Positions 22,302 through 31,961 of a stretch of DNA of 64,000 nt are shown piece by piece. The stretch's first letter is position 1. Each line of letters opens with the position of its first letter. Origin of the DNA: an uncultured Acidobacteriota bacterium (GTDB lineage Bacteria > Acidobacteriota > Vicinamibacteria > Vicinamibacterales > SCN-69-37); NCBI GenBank assembly GCA_963724955.1, contig CAVRWQ010000003.1:159713-223712 (forward strand), written 5' to 3'. The notes beneath the pieces are model-generated. The model did not search any database and had not been told where the DNA came from. It saw only the letters and a program-made list of their open reading frames with translations. Position numbers and translations under genes: made by a program.

Positions 22302-23211
22302 TCACGCGCGCGGATGGAACGTGTCGTAGACCTGGCGCAGCCGCGCCTCGAGCACGTGCGTGTAGATCTGCGTCGTCGACAGATCGGCGTGGCCGAGCAT
22401 CGCCTGAATGGCGCGCAGGTCGGCGCCGCGCTCGAGCAGATGCGTCGCGAAGGAGTGCCGCAGCACGTGCGGGCTGAGATGCGCGCGAAGGCCGGCGCGC
22501 TGCCCGTAGTCCTTGAGGATCTTCCAGAAGCCGCTCCGCGAGAGCCGCGCGCCGCCGCGCGCGTTGACGAAGAGCCAGGGACTCTGCCGCCCGCGCACGA
22601 GCGCCGGGCGCGCGTCGGCGACGTACCGGCGCACCCAGTCGGCGGCGGCGTCGCCGAGCGGCACGATGCGCTCCTTGCTGCCCTTCCCCTGACACTGCAC
22701 GTAGCCCTCGGCCGCGCGGACGTCCGTGAGCCGCAGGCCGACCAGCTCGGAGACGCGCAGGCCCGTCGCGTACAGCACTTCGATGAGCGCGCGATCGCGC
22801 ACGCCGCGCGGCGTCGTGACGTCGGGCGCGGCGAGCAACGCATCGACATCCTCGAGCGACAGAAACCGCGGCAGCGTGGAGAGCGTGCGCGGCGCCTGCA
22901 GGTCGTCGGCCGGGTTGTGCGCGACGGCGCCGGACAGGCGGAGGTACTGGTAGAAGCTTCGCGTCGCCGCGACGAGCCGGGCCGTCGACGTGGGCGAGAG
23001 CCCGCTCGTCATCGCCTCGCGGACGAGCTCCTCGAGGTCCGCGCGTGACAGCGCCACGAGCGAGAGCCTCCGGCTGGCGGCAAATGCCGCGACGCGCGTC
23101 GAGATCGCGCCGATACGCCTCGAGAGTATTCTGCGCGACCCGGCGCTCGACCTCGAGATACCGCAGGTAGCTCGTGACCTCGGCGGGCGCGCTCGCGGCG
23201 GACGTCGTCAT
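22302..23211 (-). CDS. xerD: Site-specific tyrosine recombinase XerD (XerC/D family), one frameshift near 23060
   Basis: N-terminal 'YLRYLEVERRVAQNTLEAYRRDL' (frame of 22270..23211) joins ORF 22302..23057, which carries 'ATGLRVSELVGL', 'HVLRHSFATHLLERGADLRAIQAMLGHADLSTTQIYTHV' (R-H-R-Y catalytic set). Confidence 0.85.
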
Positions 23212-23309
23212 CGGCAGGGGGCTCGCCGCGATCTTACCGCCGAATCGACTTTCGTCCTTTGCACCGGCAGGCCGCTCGGAGTACCCTTGGCGTTTTCGCG
23301 AACCGTTCG

Positions 23310-24269
23310 ATGCCCTATCACTCGAAGTGGCAGGATCTGCCGACCGAAGCGATCAACCCCGACACGCTCGGGATCGACAGGATGCCGGTCATCGACATCG
23401 TCGATCTCATCAGCAACGAAGATCGGCGCGTCGTCTCGGCCGTGCACAAGGAACGCGAGCGCATCGCGCACGGCGTCGAGATCATCGTCGTCGGCGCTGA
23501 AGAAAGGCGGCCGGCTGTTTCTCGTCGGCGCGGGCACGAGCGGACGTCTCGGCGTGGTCGAAGCCGCGGAGATGCCGCCGACGTTCGGCACGTCGCCGCG
23601 GCTGGTCCAGGCCATCATGGCCGGCGGCCAGGACGCGGTGTTCCGCGCGCGCGAAGGCGTCGAGGACAACTTCGAGGAAGGCGCGCGCAGCATGGCGCGG
23701 CTGCGCGTCTCCAAGCGCGACGTCGTGATCGGCGTGTCGGCGAGCGGCATCACGCAGTTCGTCCGCGGCGCGCTCACCGGCCGCGCGCACCAAGGGCGCG
23801 CGCATCATCTTCGTCACCTGCTGGCCGAAGCACGGAGCTGCAGAACTACGTCGACCTCATCATCGCGCCCGGCCGTCGGGCCCGGAGGTCATCGCCGGAT
23901 CCACGCGCCTCAAGGCCGGCACGGCGACGAAGATGGTGCTGAACATGCTGACGACCATCTCGATGATTCGCATCGGCAAGACGTACGGCAACCTGATGGT
24001 GGACGTGCAGACCGGGTCGGAAAAGCTGAAGGATCGCGCGCAGCGCATCGTCGCGCTCGTCACCGGCGCCGAGCCGGAGGAAGCGCGTCGAGCTGCTGCG
24101 CGGCGCGAACTGGAACGTCAAGGCGGCGATCGTGATGAAGAAAGCCGGCGTGTCCTACACGCAGGCCCAGCGCCGCCTGCGGCGCGCCGACGACTCGATT
24201 CGCGAGGCGCTCGGCGAAGATCTGGACATCAAACTCGACGCGCTCAAACCCAAGCCTCCAACTCCATGA
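23310..24269 (+). CDS. murQ: N-acetylmuramic acid 6-phosphate etherase (about 3-4 frameshifts)
   Basis: '[29 protein letters not shown]', SIS-domain '[28 protein letters not shown]', '[13 protein letters not shown]', '[19 protein letters not shown]' and '[19 protein letters not shown]'. Confidence 0.87.
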
Positions 24270-24323
24270 ACACGGGGGCACGGGGACACGGAGGCACTCC
24301 CGTGCCTCCGTGCGCTCCGTGTT
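24270..24323. terminator. Hairpin between convergent murQ and nagB, built from CACGGRG / CYCCGTG words
   Basis: Left arm acacgggggcacggggacacggaggcac. Loop tccc. Right arm gtgcctccgtgcgctccgtgt. The right arm touches the nagB stop (24322-24324). Confidence 0.6.
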
Positions 24324-25062
24324 ACCGCTTTTGATCTAACCTGCCTGCCGCATCCCGATCGAGCACGACCACCGCATTCGGATGCGTCTGAAGCAGTGAC
24401 GCCGGAAGCCACGTCGTCACGCGCCCGCTCAGCGCGCGGGCGACGATCGAGGCTTTGTCTCTCCCCGTCGCGAGCAGGATCACGCCGCGCGCTTCCAGAA
24501 TCGTCCCGATGCCCATCGACACGGCGTGCGCCGGGACGTCACGCCACGTGCCCCCGAAAAGGTAGGCGTTGCTCTTGCGGGTCTCGGGACGCAGGCGTGC
24601 GCGGTGCGTGCGCGCCTCGAGCGCCGCGGCCGGCTCGTTGAAGCCGATGTGGCCGTTGCGGCCGATGCCGACGAGACACAGATCGAGTCGGCCGGCGCGC
24701 TGAAGGCGAGCCTCATAGCGGTCCGCTTCGCGCCGCACATCTTTCGCGGCGCCGTCGGGAACGAACCGCCGGCGGGACGCGATATTGACCCGGTCGAACA
24801 GGTGCCGCCGCATGAACGCGTGATAGCTTCGCGGGTCTCTCGCGGACAGTCCCTCCAACTCGTCGAGGTTGAATGTCGTCACGCGCGCAAAGCTCACGCG
24901 CCTGCGATCGTAGAGGTCGACGAGCCCGTCGTACACGAGAATCGGCGTTCGTCCCGTGGGCAGACCGAGCACGAGACCGGGACGTCTGCGGATGGCCGAA
25001 GCGATCAGACGTGCGACCGCGGCGCAGGCCTCTCGTGCGGACGGGAGAACGACGACCTGCAT
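24322..25062 (-). CDS. nagB: Glucosamine-6-phosphate deaminase
   Basis: Intact 246-aa ORF. '[15 protein letters not shown]', '[11 protein letters not shown]', '[18 protein letters not shown]' and '[22 protein letters not shown]'. Confidence 0.9.
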   Translation of the reverse strand: MQVVVLPSAREACAAVARLIASAIRRRPGLVLGLPTGRTPILVYDGLVDLYDRRRVSFARVTTFNLDELEGLSARDPRSYHAFMRRHLFDRVNIASRRRFVPDGAAKDVRREADRYEARLQRAGRLDLCLVGIGRNGHIGFNEPAAALEARTHRARLRPETRKSNAYLFGGTWRDVPAHAVSMGIGTILEARGVILLATGRDKASIVARALSGRVTTWLPASLLQTHPNAVVVLDRDAAGRLDQKR

Positions 25063-25065
25063 CAG

Positions 25066-26008
25066 TCAGTGCCGCGTCTCGAGATACGCGGGCACCGACG
25101 ACTGGCCGCGCGCGAGCGCCTGGGCGAGCCGGACGGCGCCGAGCGCCGGCTCCGCGTCGAGCAGCCGGACCGTCGTCCCCGGAAACTGTTCCATGAGCTG
25201 ATCGATCACGCCAGCCCGCAGGCGCCCGACGCCGTGCAGCGTGCCGCCCGAGAGGATCACGTCCGGCCGCTCGACGCCAAGCTGGCGCGCAACTGACGAG
25301 GCGGCCGACGCGAGCTCTTTCGCTCCGGTATCGATGATGTGTTCCGCGATTGGGTCGCCCTCCGCCGCCGCGGCCTGCACCTCGCGCGAGAGCGCCGCAA
25401 TGGTGCTCGGGCGCGTTCCGCCGTAGTAGATCTCGCGGACGAGCTCGTCGGGCCGTGTGACGTGGTAGTGCGCGAGGATCAGCGGCGTCAGCCGCGTCGC
25501 GGGGCCTCGTCCGTCGGCCGCGCGCACTACGGCGCGCAGCGCCTGCCGGCCCAGCCAGTAGCCGCTGCCCTCGTCGCCAAGCACGTAGCCCCATCCGCCG
25601 GCGCGCGCCGCCTGTCCGCGGGCGTTGCGTCCGTACGCGATCGATCCGGTGCCGGCGATGACGACGAGGCCCGGCGCGTCGGGCAGCCCGGCTTCGAGCG
25701 CGATCAGCGCGTCGTTGACGACGAGCACGCGCGCGCGATGGCCGATGCGCGTGAGAATCCCGCGAACGATCTCCGCGTCACGCGGCCGATCGACGCCGGC
25801 CATGCCGAGGCAGATCGCGGCCGGCCGCGCGGACAGCTCGCCGAGCGCCTCTTCGATGACCTGATGCAGGACTTTTTCGACCTCGAGCTCGCCGGCCGAC
25901 TGCAGGTTGGCGCCCGGCCCGCGCGCTTCGGCGACGATGCGCCCGCCGGTCGTCGGCGAGCTGGCAGACCGTCCGCGTGCCGCCCGCGTCGATTCCCAGG
26001 ACGAACAT
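25066..26008 (-). CDS. N-acetylglucosamine kinase-like ATPase (BadF/BadG/BcrA/BcrD family), about 2 N-terminal frameshifts
   Basis: 'MFVLGIDAGGTRTVCQLAD' (start 26008) joins ORF 25066..25803, which carries 'GLVVIAGTGSIAYGRN...RAGGWGYVLGDEGSGYWLG'. Confidence 0.75.
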
Positions 26009-26069
26009 GACGGAGTGGAGAGAGTATCATTGACGCCGATTTGATCTGATTGGTGATGAGCGACTCCTG

Positions 26070-27335
26070 ATGCGGCGTGCTTCCCGTCCTTTCGTCTGGT
26101 CCTTCTGTGCAGTTCTGATCGCCGGCGTCCCGATGCTGGGCCAGCGTGCGCCCGGGCCCGTGATGCCGGAGAACGTCCGGGGCCTGTGGGTGCCGCGGAC
26201 CGCGCTCGGATCGCCCGGGAGCATCGCGTCGGTCGTCCGCGCGGCGCAGGCCGGCGGCTTCAACACACTGCTCGTGCAGGTGCGCGGGCGCGGCGAAGCG
26301 TTCTATCGCAGCGCGATCGAGCCGCGCGCCACCGATCTCGATCGCCAGCCGGACGAGTTCGATCCGCTGGCGACCACGCTCGACCTCGCGCATCGCGCCG
26401 GGCTCAAGGTCCACGCCTGGGTCAACGTGAACCTCGTCGCGAGCGGCACCTACCTGCCCCGCTCCCGCGATCACGTCGCGTCGTCGTCACCCGGAATGGC
26501 TGATGGTGCCGCGGCCGCTGGCGACGTCGCTCAGGACCGTGACGCCTCGATCGCCCGCCTACCTCGGGCACGCTGGCGCGGTGGACGCGCAACGCGGCAA
26601 GCTCGGTCGAAGGGCTGTACCTCTCGCCCATTCCCAGGGAGTCGCAGGACCACACGGTGTCGGTCGTTCGGGAGATCGTCGAGCGCTATCCGATCGACGG
26701 CCTGCATCTCGACTACGTTCGCTATCCGAATGTCGACTTCGACTACAGCCCGGGGGCGCTTGCCGAGTTTCGCGCGACCCTCGCGCCGTCGGTGCCGGTC
26801 GCCGAACGACAGCGGCTCGATCGCGCCGCGGTGACCGATCCGGCGGCGTGGCCCGACGCGCTCGCGCCCGAGTGGGCGACGTTCCGCCGCGATCGACTCA
26901 CGTCGCTCATCCGACGGATTCACGGCGTCGTCCGAACGGCGCGCCCGGCGATTGTCCTGTCAGCCGCCGTCTTCCCGAGTCCTGGCGGCGCGCGTGACGC
27001 TCGGCTGCAGGACTGGGTGAACTGGGCGCGCGCCGGCTGGCTCGACGTCGTCTGCCCGATGATCTACACGACCGACGCGAACGAGTTTTCGACTCTGGCC
27101 ACGGAAATCAACGCCGCGCTGGGTGTCGTGCCGTTCTGGGCCGGCATCGGCGCGTACCGGCTGGCCATGTCGCAGACGATCGAGCACGTCCGCCTCGCGC
27201 GCCGTGCGCAGGCCGCGGGCGTGCTGCTCTTCTCGTACGGAACAGATCGCCGAAGCCGGCACGAATCTCTCGGACTTGTCCGCGCTCCGCCCCGTTCTGC
27301 TCGAGACGCCGGCGGGCAGCGGCGCAGTCAGGTAG
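26070..27335 (+). CDS. Glycoside-hydrolase-like family 10 protein (GHL10/DUF187, YngK-like), secreted; about 3 frameshifts
   Basis: Signal peptide, 'RGLWVPRTALGSPGSIASVVRAAQAGGFNTLLVQVRGRGEAFYRS', 'AHRAGLKVHAWVNV', 'YPIDGLHLDYVRYP' and 'WLDVVCPMIYT'. The family assignment is from memory of the GHL10 pattern. Confidence 0.68.
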
Positions 27336-27380
27336 GGACGGGTTCGACGGGTACGACAGTACGACGGGTACACATCGCGC
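27336..27380. repeat. Tandem 9-mer array (GACGGGTAC-like, about 4 copies) in a co-directional spacer
   Basis: gg gacgggttc gacgggtac gacagtac gacgggtac a, directly after the GHL10 stop (27333-27335). The word is related to the arrays at 19277 and 56199. Confidence 0.75.
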
Positions 27381-27382
27381 CA

Positions 27383-28445
27383 GTGACGGAACCTTTTTCG
27401 GCGGCACGCGAGATCATCACAGACGGACTTGGCGCGCGCGCGTTTCCGGCGGCGGTGGTTGACGTCGGGCGCTCTGCGCGGATCGATCTGGCGCGAGCCG
27501 TTCGGCTCTCTGAGCTACGACGCCACGCGCCCTTCGCCTGCCGGCTCGACACCATCTTCGATCTCGCGTCACTCACCAAGGTCATCGCCACGGCGTCGAT
27601 CGCGATGCGGCTCGTCGGCACGCGTGCGCTGTCGCTCGACGACACGGTCTCGCGGCATCTTGCGAGCTGGCGTGGCGCCGATCGCGACGCCGTCACCGTC
27701 CGCCATCTCCTCGATCACTCGTCCGGACTTCCGGCGCACGCACGACTGTGGGAGCAGGCCGCGGGCCGCGCGGAGTACGAGCGCGTGCTGTCGGCGCTGC
27801 CGCTCGAGCGCGCACCCGGCACGACGTCGGTCTACTCCGATCCGGGGTTCATGCTGCTCGGCTTCATGCTCGACGGACCTTGGCGGCGCGCACGCTCGAC
27901 GCGCAGTTCGCGACACTGGCGGCGCAATTGGGTGACGTCATTGGCTATCGGCCGGCGGCGCGACCATCGCGAACGGACCGCGCCGACCGAACACGACCCG
28001 TGGCGCGGCCGCCTGCTTCGTAGGCGAAGTGCACGACGAGAACGCCGCGGCGCTCGGCGGCGTCGCCGGCGCATGCCGGACTCTTCGGCACCGCGGGCGC
28101 GTCGGCCGCGTTCGCGCGACTCGTGCTTGCAGACATTCGACAAGACGACGGCAGCTCGGCGACGCCGGCACTGATGCGGTCGTTCGCGGCGCAGCGACGG
28201 CCGTGCCCGGCAGCTCGCGCGCGCTCGCCTGGGACACGATGCTGCCGACTTCGTCGTGCGGCACACGGATGTCAGCGACGGCGATCGGTCACACCGGCTT
28301 CACCGGCACGTCGCTGTGGATTGACTGGGAGCGCGATCTCTACGTGGTGTTCCTGACGAATCGCGTGCATCCGACGCGCGCGAACGACGCGCTGGTCAAG
28401 CTGCGACCGGCGCTGCACGACGCGATTGTCACGGCGCTCTCGTAG
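27383..28445 (+). CDS. Serine hydrolase, beta-lactamase/PBP4*-like family (about 4 frameshifts)
   Basis: Candidate GTG at 27383. SxxK motif 'FDLASLTKVIATASIAM', 'LLDHSSGLPAH', 'YSDPGFMLLG' and the C-terminus 'GHTGFTGTSLWIDWERDLYVVFLTNRVHP'. Confidence 0.75.
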
Positions 28446-28556
28446 CGCGGCTCGGATGCGTAGCGCGGCTCGGTACGTAGCGCGGCTCGGGTTGTGAGCC
28501 GCGTCACCCTACGTTGGCGCGCCAGAACCCGGCGCGCCCTACGTACCCGGCGCGCC
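28446..28556. terminator. Word-built imperfect hairpin between convergent genes
   Basis: GTAGCGCGGCTCGG x3 (28441-28490), then gagccgcg..., then CCCGGCGCGCC(C/T)TACGT x2 (28526-28562), approximately the reverse complement of the left-arm word. Confidence 0.55.
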
Positions 28557-29313
28557 TTACGTGCCGCCCTTACCGCCGCGCGGCGCTGGTGGCGGTGGCG
28601 GCGGTCCGCCTCCGGGACCAACTCCCGGTCCGAGTTGCCGGCCGGGGCCGACCGGATCGCCCCGCTGGCCTGGCGCTCCAGGCTGGCCTTCGCGTCCGGT
28701 GCCGGGCCCGCCTGGCCGCTGGCCGCGCCCGCCCGGGCTGTAGCCCATACGCCCGTACATCTGCTGCGCATCGAACGCCCACATGTTGTGCTGCTGCTGG
28801 CCCTGATAAATCTTGATTGAGGTCGCGCTGCTCTTGCTGCGCACGCCGCTCACGCCGGGAGGCTGATTGCCCATGGCCATCTGCTGCTGTCCGCCCGGCC
28901 CCGGAGCACCACCTACCCCTGGGGCGCCGCCAGGACCGGAAGGGCGGCCGGGCTGCGTCCCGCCAATCGACGGCGCGATCGGCGCCTGTGCACCGCGAGG
29001 CGTGGGTGGCTTTTCGATTCCGGCCAGACCCGGCGCCGACCGGCACGAAGTCGTCCTTCGTGATCGGATCTTTCCACTTTTTCCGCAGATAACGGTTCTG
29101 CACCAGGATGTCGATATTAGGGGGGAAGGCGCCCTGGTTCTTCTTCTGGTACGTCACGATGGCGCGCGCGTACTGCTCGCCGCGGAAGATCAGGTCGTCT
29201 TCACGCTGCCGTTGCACCTGCTGTCGCCACGCCGGGAGCGCGGCGCTCATCCAGATGGCGACAATCGCCATCCCGACGAGGAGCACGACCATAATGAAGC
29301 CGCGGTCGTCCAA
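28557..29313 (-). CDS. Atypical pseudopilin-like protein with a Gly/Pro/Gln-rich C-terminal tail (one frameshift near 29035)
   Basis: The TTG at 29313 gives 'MDDRG|FIMVVLLVGMAIVAIWMSAALPAWRQQ...FRGEQYARAIVTYQKKNQGAFPPNIDILVQNRYLRKKWKDPITKDDFVPV' (GspG-like N-terminal helix and core, but Val at +5 instead of Glu). The shifted frame continues 'GIEKPPTPRGAQ...GGQQQMAMGNQPPG...GQPGAPGQRGDPVGPG...GGGPPPPPPAPRGGKGGT*'. An ATG at 29370 is the alternative start. Confidence 0.55.
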
Positions 29314-29368
29314 TCGAGAGCGGTCGGGCGGAACGTTCGGGGCCGACGTATCGGGTCTCCCTAAGCCC

Positions 29369-30634
29369 ATGAATCGAGTATCCTTACAGCTTCGCATGGT
29401 ACCACGTCCTGTCCGGCTGCTCTCTGCTCTTATCGTCACTTCCGCGGCGATCGCGAGCGCGTCCTGCGACAAGATGCCGCTCACTGCTCCGGCCGGGAGC
29501 GCCATCGTGTTGAACGTCTCGACGAACATCCTGCCGGTGAACGGCAGCGTCGAGATCCTGGCCATGGTGCTCGAAGGCGCGCTCGGCACCTCGACCGGTA
29601 ACCAGCCACCGACGGTCAACACCGGCGTCGGCACGCCGGTGCACAACAACACGCTGGTCATCTTTACGACGACGCTCGGGCGAATCGAGCCTGCCGAGGC
29701 GAGGACCGAGGCCGGACGCGCGAAAGTTCGGCTCATCGCCGACGGACGCTCCGGCACGGCCACCGTGACGGCGATCTCGGGAGGCGCGCGAGCGACGGCC
29801 GATGTGCGGATCGGCGCCGCCGGCGCAGCGCGCATCGCGGTCACGGCGTCACCGCAGGCGCTGCCGGCGACGGGCGGACAATCGACGATCTCCGCGCGCG
29901 TCGAAGATCAGCAGGGCAACGGCCTGCTCGGCGTGCCCGTGAGCTTCTCCACGACCGCGGGCTCGCTCGCCGCCGCCAGCATCGTCACCGACGCCAACGG
30001 CGTCGCGACGACGACGCTCACCACGAACGCGGCCGCGACGGTGACGGCCACCGCCGGCGGCGGAAGCGGCACGACCGCCGGGCCGACGCCAGCGACCGTC
30101 GCGATCACAATCAAGCCGCGCACGACGCTCACGCTCACGGTGCCTGGTACTGCGAGCATCAGCACCCCGACGAGCATTACAGTCAATGTCGGAGCCAACA
30201 CGATCGTCACCGACGTCGTGCTCGACTTCGGAGACGGCGAGACGGCTCCTCTGGGTGCCTTGTCCGGGTCGACGAATGTCGTCCATCTCTACGGCGACGC
30301 AGACGTCTTCACCGTCACCGCCACGGCCACGGACTCAGACGGAATCAGGACGTCTGTCAGTTCACAGCTTGCGGTGCTGCCTATCTCGGCGACCGCGACG
30401 GCCTCGCCCAGCACGGTCACGTTCGGCCAGTCCGTGCTCTTCTCCGTGACGGTGCCGGCATCGGCAGCGATTCGGAGCTACACCTGGAATCTCGGCGAGG
30501 GCGACACCTTTTCGACGAACAGCCCACAGCAGAGCGTCGTGTACAACTCGCGTGGCACGAAGAGCGTCGTGATTAGTGTCAACCCGCTCAAGGGCGATCC
30601 AATCGTGATTCGGCTGCAAGTGAACGTGCAGTAG
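29369..30634 (+). CDS. Lipoprotein with bacterial Ig-like (Big_1-type) and PKD-like repeats
   Basis: Intact ORF. 'LLSALIVTSAAIASASCD' is a lipobox. Ig-like repeats ('ATVTAISGGARATADVRI', 'STISARVEDQQGNGLLGVPVSFSTTAGSL...TDANGVATTTLT') and PKD-like repeats ('VVLDFGDGETAPLG...VHLYGDADVFTVTATATDSDG', 'YTWNLGEGDTFSTN...VVYNSRGTKSVVISV'). The start could instead be the ATG at 29396. Confidence 0.72.
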   Translation: MNRVSLQLRMVPRPVRLLSALIVTSAAIASASCDKMPLTAPAGSAIVLNVSTNILPVNGSVEILAMVLEGALGTSTGNQPPTVNTGVGTPVHNNTLVIFTTTLGRIEPAEARTEAGRAKVRLIADGRSGTATVTAISGGARATADVRIGAAGAARIAVTASPQALPATGGQSTISARVEDQQGNGLLGVPVSFSTTAGSLAAASIVTDANGVATTTLTTNAAATVTATAGGGSGTTAGPTPATVAITIKPRTTLTLTVPGTASISTPTSITVNVGANTIVTDVVLDFGDGETAPLGALSGSTNVVHLYGDADVFTVTATATDSDGIRTSVSSQLAVLPISATATASPSTVTFGQSVLFSVTVPASAAIRSYTWNLGEGDTFSTNSPQQSVVYNSRGTKSVVISVNPLKGDPIVIRLQVNVQ

Positions 30635-30646
30635 CACGGCCTTCGG

Positions 30647-31069
30647 TCACTTCCCCACTCCCACAACAGGCAGGCCGTGAGCCTCAGCGGCCATCGCCAG
30701 TGCCGCGTCGTGCGTAGCCATCGTCAGGTCTTCGCCTGTCATCTCCTTCCACAGAAGCGCCGTTGCCAGGTGAATCGCGTCGAGTGTGCCGAGCTCAGTC
30801 GGCATAGGCTGGGCGGCGCGATCCAGCACAACTGAATCGACGTCAACAATTTCGAGCGACGCCATGAGTTCGAGGATCTTGGCCCGGCGTCCTGCAACGT
30901 CATCGTCGGCGAGCTTGACCCTCACGCGGAGCCGATCGAGCGTTCGCAGGCTTTCCACCGTGACGAGCGCACTCGACACGCCACGCTCAATCCTGGACCA
31001 CTCGCGCAGCGAGTCCCGCTGCCCGAGGGCGAGCCGAAGCAGGACCGACGCATCCACATACGCAATCAC
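30647..31069 (-). CDS. vapC: Type II toxin VapC (PIN-domain ribonuclease)
   Basis: Intact 140-aa ORF. 'MIAYVDASVLLRL' (first acidic residue), 'LDAIHLATAL' and 'THDAALAMAAEAHGLPV'. There is a 4-nt overlap with the upstream antitoxin gene. Confidence 0.85.
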   Translation of the reverse strand: MIAYVDASVLLRLALGQRDSLREWSRIERGVSSALVTVESLRTLDRLRVRVKLADDDVAGRRAKILELMASLEIVDVDSVVLDRAAQPMPTELGTLDAIHLATALLWKEMTGEDLTMATHDAALAMAAEAHGLPVVGVGK

Positions 31070-31326
31070 CGATACCCCTGGCGCTCCGCGAGCAGGAACT
31101 CGACGATGTCGACCTTCAGCTTCGCCGGCTTCGGCAGCCGCACGCCCCTGGGGGGCGGCGCGCCAGGGGCCGGCTTTCGGACACGCAGCGCCGGTCGCTC
31201 ACGAAACGGCACGATCTGAGCCACCGGTGTGTCTCGATCCAGCACGGTTACCGTCTCGCCGCGACGTACGGCCCGCAGGTACTCGCTCAACCGGGCCTTG
31301 AGCTCCGCGATGCGCGCCTGCTTCAT
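31066..31326 (-). CDS. Type II antitoxin (Phd/YefM-like N-terminus) cognate to VapC
   Basis: Intact 86-aa ORF. 'ARIAELKARLSEYLRAVRRGETVTVLDRDTPVAQIVP' is typical of Phd/YefM-type antitoxin N-domains. The stop overlaps the vapC start. Confidence 0.75.
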   Translation of the reverse strand: MKQARIAELKARLSEYLRAVRRGETVTVLDRDTPVAQIVPFRERPALRVRKPAPGAPPPRGVRLPKPAKLKVDIVEFLLAERQGYR

Positions 31327-31332
31327 GACCTT

Positions 31333-31361
31333 ATTATGACTAGAAATAGTCAGATCGGCAA
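31333..31361 (-). promoter_or_regulatory. Putative vapBC promoter with an embedded operator palindrome
   Basis: Minus strand reads TTGCCG, a 17-nt spacer atcTGACTAtttcTAGTcat..., then CATAAT, then aaggtc, then ATG. The 6-bp inverted repeat TGACTA/TAGTCA (4-nt spacer) overlaps the -10. The -10 sits only 6 nt before the ATG, which suggests a leaderless or very short-leader mRNA. Confidence 0.5.
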
Positions 31362-31406
31362 CGCCGGGACGTTGGCCGCTGAAGACCGGATGCCGGGTCC
31401 GCTCAG

Positions 31407-31808
31407 TTACCGCCGCAATGAGGCTTCCTGTCCCGTCGCCGTCAGAAAGATCGTCCCCAGGTCGACTTCACTCCATCCGTCGCCCTTGTAGGCGCGGCTT
31501 CTGAACTTCCCCGGGTACCCATCGCACGAGATCTCGAACGCGCGCCGCGCGCGTGGCGCGAGCGTCACCGAGCGGTCGAACGTGGGCACGATGCGGAGCG
31601 TCTCGACAACCTTGCCGCCGGTGGTGACGAGCTTCAGCTCGCACGACGCGTCGCGCCGGACGCCGACGATAGCGCCCTGGACGGTAATCACGCTGTCCTG
31701 GCCGCGATGGAACGGGTTGAGGGCGCAGCCCGGCGAGGCAATCACAGTCGCCACCCCAAGTACGGCTGCGGCGGCCCAGGATGCTGACGGAGTCGATCGA
31801 GATGACAT
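31407..31808 (-). CDS. Small hypothetical lipoprotein (133 aa)
   Basis: Intact ORF with the lipobox 'VATVIASPGC'. No family recognised. Coding-like third-position G/C bias. Confidence 0.6.
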   Translation of the reverse strand: MSSRSTPSASWAAAAVLGVATVIASPGCALNPFHRGQDSVITVQGAIVGVRRDASCELKLVTTGGKVVETLRIVPTFDRSVTLAPRARRAFEISCDGYPGKFRSRAYKGDGWSEVDLGTIFLTATGQEASLRR

Positions 31809-31961
31809 TTGGGGAGTCCAATCGGGACGGTGCGCAATCGATGCCAGGGAAAATCGCGCGATCTCGCCTTAGATTCTGCGCACTCAGGAACCGACTGCAC
31901 AGATCAGCACGCAAGCGTACGTCACAACTGTCAGGGTCATTGACACTTTCGTGCGCAAGTC

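Noticed and set aside
22302-23211. The tyrosine recombinase as a marker of an integrated mobile element.
   Set aside because: The sequence has the XerC/D-type N-terminal and catalytic motifs. The gene sits among housekeeping genes (metK, murQ) with no flanking direct repeats, tRNA gene or phage or plasmid genes. It is best read as the chromosomal dimer-resolution recombinase.
28600-28760. Collagen-like triple-helix domain or an RGD adhesion motif in the pseudopilin tail.
   Set aside because: The G-X-Y periodicity holds for only a few triplets ('GQPGAPGQRGDP'). The RGD is a single occurrence in low-complexity sequence. The reading frame also depends on an uncorrected indel, so this is too weak to call.
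31829-31849. Sigma-54-like element (TGGCAT...TGCG on the minus strand) upstream of the small lipoprotein gene.
   Set aside because: The GG-to-GC spacing is 10 nt instead of the 12 nt in the TGGCAC-N5-TTGC consensus register, and the -12 element is poor.
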